In this document: positions 33,439 to 44,706 of the stretch, one piece after another
Layout of the letters: every line of letters starts with the position of its first letter
How positions within the stretch are numbered: the stretch's first letter is position 1
DNA from: Corallochytrium limacisporum Hawaii
Lineage: Eukaryota; Protista; Pluriformea
Direction of reading: 5' to 3'
DNA: 64,000 bases
Assembly (NCBI GenBank): GCA_002811645.1
Contig: PDIP01000003.1
Span: 558,001 to 622,000 of the forward strand
The notes under the pieces: model-generated
What the model was told of the DNA's origin: nothing
Seen by the model: only the letters and a program-made list of their open reading frames with translations
Database searches by the model: none
Position numbers and translations under genes: made by a program

Positions 33439-35382
33439 TCAGACCATCGCGTTCAGAGCCTCCGCAGCCTTTGGGGGAGGAGTGCAGTCACTTGCAGTGT
33501 GATCTGAGCTCAGTGAGGAGGTACCACTGCCTCGTAGTGCGTCCTTCTGTCTTTCACGACGCAGGCGCCACCATGCAACGGCAACAAGGGCAACGCCTAG
33601 CGCAATGTCAATAAGCCAGTCGAAAGAGTCGAAGGACAAGACCAAGAGAGTAACAGGGAACACCACCAACTGCAACGGACCACCAAACTTCCAGAAGTCC
33701 TTGTCGCTGTACCTGCCGGGAATCTGAACCATAAGATTGGTTTGGTATCCAGCAGGAATCATAAATGAGTGAGAGGCACCCATGATGACGGCAAATATGA
33801 CGCGTTCGTAGATCGATGTTCCAAAGAGGTCAGAGCTCTGAAGACCAGGGATGATGAGAGCAACAGCAGCATTGTTGTTCACAAAGGAGCTAAGGCCGAC
33901 AGCGATCAGGTAGCAAATCAGTAGAATAGTAAAGTCGGAGTCGAGCTTATTCAATTCTGAGACGAAGCTACCGATCTCATCGCTGAGGCCAACTTCTTGC
34001 ATAATGTTGGAAAGAGCCAGCGCACCGGCCACAGTCATCAGCATAGAGCCGTTTGCGTTGGTGACATTCTGTACCATGCTGGAGTTGATGAAGCCAGTGA
34101 CCCAGGCAGCAAAAGCAAGCAACAGAAGGAAGCGTGGCAGATCCCAGAAGAAAAGGGACAGGATGATGCAGGCGAAGAAAGCGACCAGCGCAATGGAAAG
34201 TCTGATCATCTGCCACTTGTCAACGGGATGGTACGGCGACATGCTCACAAAGAGGCTAAAGTCGTTGCTCTGTCTCTCGAGACACTGTAGATCATTCTCC
34301 TGGCATTCTATGATGAGCACATCATTATGCTGAAGAACAATTTCGTTCACAGGCCCATACATCAACGTGCCACTGCGGTATACCCGCAACAGTTTGGCAT
34401 CATGGTTTGCAGTGAAAACGGACTCTTGGAAGTAAGTGCCCACCAAGCTGCTTTCCCTAGAAACCACGGCTTCAATCAGAGTGCCACGGCCCACCTCTTC
34501 CATCGCCAGATTGGCACTGACCAGGCCGAGAGTGTACCTTGCAAGGAAGATGTTCTGCGAGGTGCCAACAAAGGTGAGAATGTCACCTTCGGCATAGGTA
34601 GTCTCTTCCTCCACCTTCACCTCAGCGCCACACTTACGCTTAATACTTTGCAGCTTGACATCCTCCATGGTTGCAGGGTCACTGCCCTTCACTCGTGCTC
34701 CAATAAGGGAATGGCCTGTAGGGACAACACACACGACCGTGAAGAGTTTGGCGGATCTTCGGGGTGCACGAGCCATGCTCTCTTTATTGTCCGGTAACAG
34801 TCTGTCGAACGTCAATAACGTGTACAATGTACCAGCAAAGAGAACTCCAAGTCCAGGAAGGACTAGTGCATAGAAAGACAGGTCTAACTGTGCGATTTCC
34901 AATGCAACCAAATTGGTACTACTTCCAATGGTTGTCAGTGAACCACCCAACGCACTGAGAAAGCTAAGGGGCATAAGGAATTTACCACTGCCACGGTCAT
35001 GACAAGTGGCCCAGCGAATGATGGGTGGAATCAGAAAGCTGACTACTGCTGTGTTGTTCATGAATGCGCTAGCGATTGGCACAAACACCGCGATGCACAG
35101 CATCGCCGCGGTCTTTCCCCGCCCATTTGGCATGATGTATGTCCATAGCAGTTGGTCGAGCCCGGCATTTGTTAGTCCTTCAGAGAGTAAGAGCAACATA
35201 GAAATAGTCAGCAGCGTGGTTGTTGAAAACGCTTGCAGCATAGCATCCACAGATCCCGCCCCAATACCGACTACTATTGTTACAGGTCCCCAGAATGCAA
35301 AATATGATGGTACCCGTCTGCTCAACAGGAGAATTGCAGTGACCACAAAGGCCACTAGGACCACGATCTTATCGCTGTCCAT
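33439..35382 (-). CDS. SLC13/CitMHS-family permease with internal TrkA-C (RCK_C) domains; probable Na+/sulfate transporter (SLT/SAC1-like)
   Basis: SAFMNNTAVV, LMPLSFLSALGG..T.IGSSTNL, central TrkA-C-like region (HSLIG..V; EAVVSRESSLVG...F..NHDA), VNNNAAVALI, SF..PAGYQTNLMV..PGRY...DF.KFGGPL. Substrate is inferred from family and gene context. Confidence 0.82.
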   Translation of the reverse strand: MDSDKIVVLVAFVVTAILLLSRRVPSYFAFWGPVTIVVGIGAGSVDAMLQAFSTTTLLTISMLLLLSEGLTNAGLDQLLWTYIMPNGRGKTAAMLCIAVFVPIASAFMNNTAVVSFLIPPIIRWATCHDRGSGKFLMPLSFLSALGGSLTTIGSSTNLVALEIAQLDLSFYALVLPGLGVLFAGTLYTLLTFDRLLPDNKESMARAPRRSAKLFTVVCVVPTGHSLIGARVKGSDPATMEDVKLQSIKRKCGAEVKVEEETTYAEGDILTFVGTSQNIFLARYTLGLVSANLAMEEVGRGTLIEAVVSRESSLVGTYFQESVFTANHDAKLLRVYRSGTLMYGPVNEIVLQHNDVLIIECQENDLQCLERQSNDFSLFVSMSPYHPVDKWQMIRLSIALVAFFACIILSLFFWDLPRFLLLLAFAAWVTGFINSSMVQNVTNANGSMLMTVAGALALSNIMQEVGLSDEIGSFVSELNKLDSDFTILLICYLIAVGLSSFVNNNAAVALIIPGLQSSDLFGTSIYERVIFAVIMGASHSFMIPAGYQTNLMVQIPGRYSDKDFWKFGGPLQLVVFPVTLLVLSFDSFDWLIDIALGVALVAVAWWRLRRERQKDALRGSGTSSLSSDHTASDCTPPPKAAEALNAMV

Positions 35383-36044
35383 TTTGTGTTTTTGAAATGG
35401 GGCAATTTCTCCTAGACCATCTCATGTATGGCTACGTGGTTAACATATTGGATCGGTTGGTGAATTGTCCCACTTTGAAGTCTGTCGAACATGTCTACTC
35501 TCCAGTTTAAGGAACGGTGCCGCATTAATACCACAGTGAAGAACAGTTGGCGATACATGATTACTTCATTTCAGAGAAACACTGTTGCAGTATTCTAAGG
35601 ATGTCGACATTGCTGTACATTGCTCTACGAGACCACAGCATGAGAGATGAAGTCGTAAGGTGCTACCAACCGATGTATCAATACCGAGAGTGCTGTCTGT
35701 ATTGTGAGGTTCAGGATTCCGGCACCTTTCCCCCCTCACTCCCGGGCTTCGAGGGAGTTCTAAGTGCCCATTCTTGCCTCACTTCTAGTACTCCACTAGC
35801 CAGCATAGGGACTCAGGGCAAGAGAGTGCGCTGTTCATGGGGCTGTACTTTGCGTAGCACATGAATGTGTGAGAGATGTCCACCTTCTGTTTCGCCCAAG
35901 GGGCCATACTGAATATTGAGGCATATGCCATCTTCTTTTCAGTGAAGTAAGGACGCAGGACTGCGGGAGGTTGTGCTGGAAACGGGCACTGAAAGTATAT
36001 TGTATACACTAAATTCACTGATGTTTTCGGTTATGATATTCCTT

Positions 36045-36121
36045 GGTGTGGCCCCTGTCCGGTAGTATGTTCGGAGTCAGTTAACACTACACTCGGACAT
36101 ACTACTGGGATCGGAGACACC
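36045..36121 (+). other. long imperfect inverted repeat / pre-miRNA-like hairpin
   Basis: 36058-36077 pairs with 36091-36109 (19 bp, 3 G-U, 1 bulge), with an inner AGT-TAAC-ACT stem-loop and an outer GGTGT/ACACC helix. Confidence 0.5.
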
Positions 36122-39100
36122 GCTTTGTTCGCTCACACCTGCTTTGCATGGATTGATGGCGGACTCATATGAAACATCCATGCATTTAGAGTTTGGCTGT
36201 GCGTATGGTTTGAATGGATAACATTCGGCTGCCGCTGCTCTTTGTCACCTGTTTCACTGTACCGTGTTGCGTCGCGGTCAGTGATGGTATGGAGTCATTC
36301 ACCAATTGCCACAGAGGCACCATAGGTATGCCTCATAGAGTGCACCTGACCGGGCCTTGTGGTGAGTCAATAGTACGTGGGGTACATGTACATGCTATTG
36401 CAAAAGGCACCTTGATCAGGACAAATGCAGGCATGCAGATATCCATGATAAGTGCTTTGTGCAGGATAAAGGATTACTCTCATCCCTTCCTCACTAGATG
36501 CTCACTGACCACTACGAGTTACTGAGTAGTATCTCGTTTCAATGCGAGAAGGTTGGCGATGTTAGTTGTTTTGATCGGGGCGTCGACCTCCATCGAACCA
36601 TTTACTTCCAGCTTGTCAGGCAAAGAAACTTAGAAAAAGATGGCGCCGTCCCCTTCCGAATGATCAGTCAATATCAAAGAGCAACAAATCGGTTACGTAT
36701 TTATGTGTGTGGGCAGCAAGACAAGGATCATGAGATTGGTACCGCCGATCGGTCGCTTTCGAGATGCCCTCCGACACTCTGCGCGCGGAGTGGCCGGTTC
36801 ATATGTATTAGAATCCCTTAATTTGTCCCTGGACCTGCGGGGAACACGAAAAGGACCATCCTGTGCGTCAATGTAAGAATACACCATCCAGACAACCACA
36901 GGCCGCGATGATGGTGTCCTCTAATTGTGACTATGCGTCACTGGCCTATGATGCACATGGACATCATCTATGTGGTGCACTGTGTGTTGACAAAGACTGT
37001 CAAATTTCCATGTGGCACCTATTTAGAGAGCCTAACTGTGGCAATATGCGGATAATCTGAGGCTGTCGCTACGGTTGGATGGCATTTTGGCCCTCATGTA
37101 TACTCTTCAAGTCATCAAGTCGAACGGTCCTCACTCTATGCCACAACGGACGAGAGGATCGACGGTTCATCATAGCGAAGTGTATTCTGCGAATCTCTCT
37201 CTTTCGCTTTTATAGAACCCTTCGCATCCGAAGTCAGTAACTGTGATAGTGATAGACGAATGTGGCTTAGAAAGAAGTGGCGGGCATGCGCATGATTTCG
37301 ACCAGGTTAGTAAAGGTCAAAGATCCCGTATTTTCAACAGGAGCGCAGTTTAGTACATGCACCGGCGCTCTCCAAATGTGGTCTTGGGGGACCGGCAACA
37401 AGGGCTTCTCTCACAAGGAATCGGTTCTTCAAGAGAACGGAGTATACTAAGTGATGGTGGTCTCCAGTCGCTTCTGACCGCCATCTCTGGGAACCTTTCG
37501 CGAATGCTACAGTTCACCAGTGGCTAATGTGAGGCAATAACTCAGTCACAGTAGTAGGGGGAGAATGAAGGGTTGTCAGCTAGTAACAGCGTCGTGTGGA
37601 ATAGTAACGTCACAACTCACAGCATCCTCGTGGGTTAACAATGATGCACATAATTGCATATTGCGGTATAGCTGAGCAGTGCTGAGTGGGAAGGATACTT
37701 CAGTGGCCGACAAGAAACCGATAGTAATGCCGTTCTCCTGGCTTTCTGGGTGGTGGGTTTGTTGGGTGTAAAACCTGCCACCATCTTTGTCCCAGTCAGG
37801 GATTTCGTTGAATATGAGATGGTCACGGAAGCGTCCCAAGTGCCATCATATATTTCACAGCAGAGTGGATAGCTCGTATATGAGATGGTGATCGGCTTCT
37901 CTCACACCACACCGCCCGCTTCACCACAAGGGGGGCGGCGTATGGAGTCCATGTTTGTCGGCGCCTGTCCATTCCGGTGGCTTCTTTTCGTTCCTCTTCG
38001 TGCGGATAAGGAGAGAATGTATCTTTCACCAATACCAGGTTTTTCCAGTTGGTAGGCGCGGTATACTAAGAAGAAAAGAACATCATCAGAGGGACGCATA
38101 CGAAAAAACACATACCGCATTGACCCCAGAGATCTTTGAAACCGGTAACCAACATACCCACCCGACGAAACCCACCAAATACATTCACTATGAAGAAATG
38201 GGTTCTAGCCAATCAGAGCACTCTAAACTTGCGCACTGATGATTCGAATTCGCTTCCAAAGAGAGCAATTATCTCAATGATGGGCCCGGTTTTAGTGATT
38301 ACTCTTGCGAGTGGGCGGGCGTACCCTATTTATATACTCACTGTTAATGGAGAGCGGTTGCTCACACTTCTTCCATTTTCTCGAAGGAACCACGGAGACC
38401 GATGTATTACTACACTGTCATAGTGGCTTGTCCTCTTTTCCGCTCCTGCCAAATATTTGTGCCCTCGTGAAAGATCAAACATCCTCTGCACCGTTGAACA
38501 GCATCTCTTCACGTTTTGCGAACGCTGAGCTTGCTCTTTCCAATACGCAATAGCATGCGCGCAGACAAACTACTATTGACACGTCATGATAGCAAGCGGT
38601 TGCGCAACACTGAGGGGAATTTCAGCGAGCATCGGACAACTATGTACTAAATGAACCATAAAGTTCAATAAACCCCACCTACAAACTTTAGAGCGTCCCA
38701 AAATGTGCTATCGCAGAAGACCCGCCACAGAAAGAAGCTCTTGCGGTACCTTGTACGGTTGGCGGGGCATACTATGTACTCTGGGGTCTTGCTTCCGTCA
38801 CTCACATAAGCGGCAGTAGGTGGGGTGACCAGTCACATTCCAGACGCAGAGTGACGCGATTTGGAAAGGGACTACATGTCACAGAGTGTTTTCCCATTGT
38901 TTCAATATAGTGAACGTCGCAGCCAATCACCAAAGACAGCCGTGATGTCTCTGACTGGCTCCTAACGATAAGCCGTTGTTAGGACTATGCGAAAGCCGTC
39001 TCGAGAATCAGTCGGGGTGGACAGGGATGAGTAATTTCCGGCCTGAACCCAAAATCAAAAATTCAATATATTGGGGAGTAGGAAGCCCCGCCATTCTCAT

Positions 39101-39226
39101 AGACAGTACACGAACTGGTCATCCTGAAAAGTATTGATTATATACATATATTCTGAATGTAAAGGGATGTAAAATTCATGTGTTGGTGATGGGGTTAGTA
39201 GTCATAGATACAAAATCAAACGTGCT

Positions 39227-42200
39227 CTAGTAGACCTCCAGAATGTATCGGCCGTCTTCCTTGAGCTCTTCAATACGTTCGTCGGCCGAGTCTTCAGTGT
39301 AACCGTGCTCAACAAATGCTGTGACAAGAGCATCTTTGACATCAGGTACAGGCCAGGTGGGACCGCACAAGTAGAAGTATCCATTCTCTTCCTGTAGATA
39401 AGAATATATCATATCGGCGTCCTCCTTAATCTTGTGCTGAATATAGACCTTGTGCTTCTGGTCACGAGAGAAAGCCAGACCTAGGCGAGAGACCACACCG
39501 GCCATTAAATAGGCCTCCAGCTCCTCCCCGTACAGATACTCGTCACGACGGTGACGGGAACCGAAGTACAGAACAACCGGTCCTATCTCGTGTCCTTGGG
39601 ACAGCTGATAAGCGCGCTCCTCGATGAAGGCACGGAACGGTGCCATACCAGTTCCCAGCCCAGACATAACAATGGGCTGACTTGGAGTATCAGGCAGTCG
39701 CATAACGGAGCTCTTGATACTCACCGTAACCTGAGTGCCAGGCTTCAGAGATTCGAGGTATCGTGTGCATTGACCCTTGCGCTGGCCACGAGAGTTCTCC
39801 CACTCGACAGTCACCACAAGCAGATGCACACTATCGGGGTGCATGTTCATGCTGGAGGCGATGGAGTAGTGGCGAGGCTTGGTGGGGGGAATAATGGACA
39901 GCAGATCCTCCACCTCAGGGCGAGCACTCTTGAACTCACGGATAACATCGGCGAAAGTGTAGGTGTCCTCTTGACGCTTCATGAACTCGGCCTTGCCAGC
40001 ATCGGATGCGAGGTACATTAAAGCTTTTGCCTCTTCGGGGTCCTTTGCAAACTCACTTAGGGCTCCATAGAATCCCTTGGTGACCTTACCGAACAGGTCT
40101 AGAACCTGCACGAACCACTGTAAAGTGGTGCGAGTCTCTCCATAACCAGGGTGGTCAAACTGTTCACCCTCGAGCTGGATTAGCTCTTCGGCAGGAATGC
40201 CCAGTTCGTCCAAGAACTCATGGACCTCTTCTTCGTCATTGTGGCCGTAAACGCCCAGTGCATCACCAATCTGATACTTCAAACCAGTGCCACGGATATC
40301 AAATTCCATGTGGAAGACGTTACGATCGTAGTTGACTGAAGTCAGCCGCTTGTTGCAAGTGGTAGTCACCAAGAAAGTTTCCTCCTTCACGCTGGGGCGA
40401 GTCACCTTCTTGGTTTCGTAGGCGTCAGGGAACATCAGGCGCCAGGAGGCTTCATCACGTGTAAGCTTCTGATTACCGAGGGTCTCAAATCCATCAGCCA
40501 CGGCCTCCATGGACGATGTAACATGGAATGGAAGCGAGGTCTTCTGCTCGGTCTTCAGCGAGGCCCACTCTGCTGGCAGAGACAGCGTAGCCATCGAGCC
40601 CCATACCATCCAAGAGTAGGACAAAGCGTTTGTAGGCTCCCAATCGACCATCAGCTCCTCAGCAATGGCAGCATCGAACTCAGCCGTAAGCACATTCAGA
40701 TTGGCACCCTTCCACAATTTCAGCACAATAACGCGCAGGCACAGGTCGTAGATCTGCTGGTTCATGTCACCGTCCTTGAGGCCAAGACGGGAGGCAATAT
40801 CGATCAGGTTAACAGCCACGACCGAGATATTCCGCGTGGTGAGGGAGATCTTGGATTCTTCACTAAGGGTCTCCTCTAGCACGGTATTCAGATTCTCAGA
40901 GGCATCCTCCATGACGACACAAAGGGCGCCGTTGTTCTTCACCGATTCCACAATACCCGGAAGTTTGGTCATGGAAGACTTAGTCACTGCCACAACTGTG
41001 TTCTGCAGCACAGTCTCGCTGCTTAAGGGTTTCTTGTCGCTCATGTAAATCTGTACAGACTTCACACCGCCGACTGGGGTGAATTGATGGTGACGCTGCA
41101 GCAGCTTCACATTTTCATTGCCCACAGAAGAAACGAAGTTCATGATGCCATATCCAGTATCATTTAGGAAGGATTCATCGCTGACTACCAGTAGGCTGTC
41201 GTGGTCCACCCGAGAAATCTTGGTGCTGCGATCAGAGCCGAGCACAACAGCATCCTTGTTTTTGATGCCCATGCCAGCCAGCAGAGCACTGGCATTGCTG
41301 GGGGCAAAGAACTCACCTGCCATGACCTTACGCTTCACAACCACGCGTTGCTTCAAGCCAGCCAGGGCCAGTGTGCAGAGACTGAAGAAAGGATTCTGTG
41401 CATTCTCACCATCCGCAACATATGCTACTTTGGTTGCCGTCGCCGGAATGGCAGCCGCGAGTTGAGCGGCGTATCGGTTGTTTCCCAGGCGAACCACGAC
41501 GACACCGCACTTCTCGCCAAACTTCTCCATGCGCTCGAACTCAGACACCAGGATCTTCCAGTGGCGACTGTTTGTGAGAACGACCTTCTCTGCACCTGGA
41601 TGGCCGTGGTATTCAAATGGCTCATAGGCAGTGCGGACGACGCTGCGAAGGTGCTTGAAGACGGTACTGACCGCATCGAACTGACCAGTTTGATCAATCT
41701 GTGCCACGTGTAGGTTCCGCACCTTGCGCTCGAATAGAGCAGAAATTTCGTGAGCAGCCAGCACAGAGGCAGTAGAAGCCTCATTGGCCACGTTCAGGCC
41801 ATCGAAGACGTGAATGACCGGGGTCCTGCACACCATGGAGATCAGACTGGCTGCAATACCAATGTCATGGGCTTCTTGAACGCTGGTAGATGTGAGGATG
41901 ATTGGGCGAGCCTCGGGGGCGAGACCATCGACCAGGGAAGTAAAGGCGTTTAGGTCTTGATTGATTCCGAAGCAAGAGACGTGAAATACCACTGAGCGTT
42001 GCTGCTCAGCCAGCTCCTCGATGACGGGCATCAAATAACGGACAGCCTGAGAGTTGGCAATCACTGTGGTAGCAATGCTGCCCTCCTCGGTCAAATCTAG
42101 CAGAAACTTTCCTGCACCCACATGCGTGTTGAGGCGGCTCACACCGATTGACTTGCCTGTGTCGTTAACAAAACGACCATTAGAGTCGGCAAAGGTCAGC

Positions 42201-42535
42201 AGGCCCTCACCCACGAAACCCTCAGTGACGACGGGGAACAGAAAGACCAGATCGCTGGTCAGGCTGCTCACATACTCAATGATCTGTCCACCAGTAAGGG
42301 TGCTCTGGAAGGTCTGGTAGATCTTGCTAGCAGTAGAGTCCACGGACTTTAGAGACCGAGCGCTTTGTATCTGGGAGGAGGCCCATGCCAACGGAGGGGA
42401 CGGCTTGCCACTGCCCATACCAAGGGAGATAATACCATTGAGTTTGGGAATGCCATCCTTCTGTGGGCTCGGGTCCTTGAGCGGTGAGACTTCAAAGGAG
42501 TAGTCTCCGGACTCCACCAATTTGCCTGGGGCCAT
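39227..42535 (-). CDS. MET10: assimilatory sulfite reductase (NADPH) flavoprotein alpha subunit, fungal type
   Basis: N-terminal degenerate PFOR-like domains (SVQEAHD..PVIHVFDG; YEPFEYHGHPGAE), then FAD/NADPH module: RLT..NYDRNVFHMEFD..GLKYQIGDALGV, RHYSIASS, GQCTRYL, MSGLGTGMAPFRAF, YFGSR, AFSRDQ, FYLCGPTWPVPDV, terminal GRYILEVY as in fungal Met10. Confidence 0.95.
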   Translation of the reverse strand: MAPGKLVESGDYSFEVSPLKDPSPQKDGIPKLNGIISLGMGSGKPSPPLAWASSQIQSARSLKSVDSTASKIYQTFQSTLTGGQIIEYVSSLTSDLVFLFPVVTEGFVGEGLLTFADSNGRFVNDTGKSIGVSRLNTHVGAGKFLLDLTEEGSIATTVIANSQAVRYLMPVIEELAEQQRSVVFHVSCFGINQDLNAFTSLVDGLAPEARPIILTSTSVQEAHDIGIAASLISMVCRTPVIHVFDGLNVANEASTASVLAAHEISALFERKVRNLHVAQIDQTGQFDAVSTVFKHLRSVVRTAYEPFEYHGHPGAEKVVLTNSRHWKILVSEFERMEKFGEKCGVVVVRLGNNRYAAQLAAAIPATATKVAYVADGENAQNPFFSLCTLALAGLKQRVVVKRKVMAGEFFAPSNASALLAGMGIKNKDAVVLGSDRSTKISRVDHDSLLVVSDESFLNDTGYGIMNFVSSVGNENVKLLQRHHQFTPVGGVKSVQIYMSDKKPLSSETVLQNTVVAVTKSSMTKLPGIVESVKNNGALCVVMEDASENLNTVLEETLSEESKISLTTRNISVVAVNLIDIASRLGLKDGDMNQQIYDLCLRVIVLKLWKGANLNVLTAEFDAAIAEELMVDWEPTNALSYSWMVWGSMATLSLPAEWASLKTEQKTSLPFHVTSSMEAVADGFETLGNQKLTRDEASWRLMFPDAYETKKVTRPSVKEETFLVTTTCNKRLTSVNYDRNVFHMEFDIRGTGLKYQIGDALGVYGHNDEEEVHEFLDELGIPAEELIQLEGEQFDHPGYGETRTTLQWFVQVLDLFGKVTKGFYGALSEFAKDPEEAKALMYLASDAGKAEFMKRQEDTYTFADVIREFKSARPEVEDLLSIIPPTKPRHYSIASSMNMHPDSVHLLVVTVEWENSRGQRKGQCTRYLESLKPGTQVTVSIKSSVMRLPDTPSQPIVMSGLGTGMAPFRAFIEERAYQLSQGHEIGPVVLYFGSRHRRDEYLYGEELEAYLMAGVVSRLGLAFSRDQKHKVYIQHKIKEDADMIYSYLQEENGYFYLCGPTWPVPDVKDALVTAFVEHGYTEDSADERIEELKEDGRYILEVY

Positions 42536-44706
42536 GTTGAACTAAACCTTAGACTAATCTTAACTAAACACTAAGGCTACGAAAATTGGAAGTATTCGAT
42601 CCTAGTCTTGATTCCTTTCTACCCGGACTGTCGTTCTTGAAGTATGTCGCTGTGGTACGAAACATGACCACAGAATGCGATTCAGACCCGTCGTGCATCA
42701 GAGGACCCCAAACATAAGCAAAGTCTCCGCAAGTTGAACAGAGGCAACTATCAATGAACACATAAGTTGGTTTATGTGGAAGAAATGGACTTCAGTGCCA
42801 CATATGACCGCTATACAGCCATTTTGACCCCTGCGCTACACGCGACGGTGTCGGAGGTCCGGGCTCTCCATTTGAGATTTTAGTGGAGACACTCATGAAA
42901 GATATAGTGCATTCAGTATGAAATCAGTGATCCAAATTCCTGCAAGATGTCCACCCACATCCGAGATCGTGCTGTCAACGTCCGAGTCTCTCAACCCCGG
43001 TTTAGTCGACCCTCCCTACGAAACTGAAGAAGAAAACTTTTTTCTGTCGGAGACTCGGTTCATTCACAATGAACCAAGGTGAGCTACCCGTTTGGCCTAG
43101 GGTCGAACTAAAACCTGCTAGCGAGGGGGATCGCTTGCTACAGCGCGAAGTCTTCCGGCCTCTCACCACAAAATGGCATCGCACCATCACCGTGTCATTG
43201 TTTGCATCCAGCAGAGTTCTTCGGATTGCCGCGCCCCCTCCCCCCGGAGGGGGGCGGGGGTAATTCGCCTAAGGTCACCATTCTATAGTAAATGACTTAC
43301 CCTTTTTACTGTCTGCAAGGGGACCAACCCCAAAGCCAGAAGGGGTCGCACCCCTAGACATTCACGAAGCTGAAGGACCAGATTCATACCTGGGCCTTCT
43401 CCACATTACCGACATTTTTCTCCAACTCCTCAGGCAGGGTACATTGTTCCAAACGCAGTGTTTCATTAAATATTACGGATGACACTGAACCAAGGAAGTG
43501 ATTCAACACCTGGGCCCCGTCATTTAATATTCTTTCCTTTTCTCTTGTTGCACGCGGGGAGAGTCATTGACAGTGTAGCAAAGTACATTCACTATGCAAT
43601 CGGACCTTTGGCAATGGAACCAGAGGGTGACAACCTCAGGTGATCCACCGCCCATGCTCCGCACTGTGCGCCCATGTCCGTAAGCCACAGAAACGTCTCC
43701 GGGGCTCGATTGGTAAGAACTTGCGATAGAAACAGTAAAGTAAGTCTATTCCCTTGTGAGGGATGTGTAATGTGTGGTAAGACGCGTGTTTTAGCATGGC
43801 AGTTGGATGTACGGCATACATGCTTCTCACACTGATGATAAGGTCAAGTGAGAGCGAGCACAGCTGCAGTGAACTTCCGGAGCGCGATAAACAGTACTTT
43901 GGTGCGTGCTACGGAGAAGCCGATGGCCGTCATCAACCAATCGCTGACGGTGCCTATGAGTGAGACACCGTCTGAAAAGCTGTGATACATTGCAACTGTG
44001 GAGTTGGTGTTAATGTACGTGGCTGAGTTGGCGATCGTCTTCCCTTGTCGGGCCTCTGGTCGGGGCAGCGCGACGGGTAAGATTTCGACGGGCCCCACTT
44101 CAAACGGCAGACCAACCACATAATTTGCTAGTGGATTGAAGATCTTACGATAGCCAAATGGCTTTACAACGACGTAGGGGGATGGGGGGATTGGGGAGAA
44201 GACTTCTGTATGATCATCAGACCGTTCTCCGGTATGTTTTATACCGAGAACCAACTCCGTAGGTAGAGTACCGGGGGCTAAATTTAGAGAGCTGGGTGGC
44301 TGGCACACGCGACCGGGTAAGAGAATTGTGTCCGAGTCCCTCTCTGGCCCACCAACGCGCGGTTTTGCGGCTGTTTTGGAGACCTCCCTCTGCTCTCGAT
44401 GCTCACTTCAGAGGGCTTAGGGCGGTGATCAGTGTGGGGTCCACGGAACTTTCCAAATATTATCGGCAACAAGATGAGCAGCGAGGGAAAAGGTGACACT
44501 TTTGATTGTGCCTTTCCTTGCGAAACTGGTAGCATGGTTAAGTAGTAATATCCGCCCATTGAGTGGTGCGACGATGTGCCGTTGGTGATCTTACACTGGC
44601 GGCGTAGTTGCAGTCCCGACATAGAGGTAGAAAAGAACATTCGTGTATTAGACTCAGCATACAACGTACAACTGTAAACCCGACGTATCAACGATCAAGG
44701 CACAAA

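Noticed and set aside
35383-35426. Upstream ATGs (uORFs) just before the transporter start
   Set aside because: The TSS is unknown, so they may lie outside the transcript.
43844-44691. 135-154-aa ORFs in the MET10/MET5 spacer and similar ORFs in 51.3-54.6 kb
   Set aside because: No motifs, mostly non-ATG starts, and lengths expected by chance.
44608-44706. N-terminal extension of MET5 given by the ORF track
   Set aside because: TTG start; the ATG at 44707 has good eukaryotic context. The non-ATG starts given for OMA1, B4GALT7 and IES6 were corrected for the same reason.
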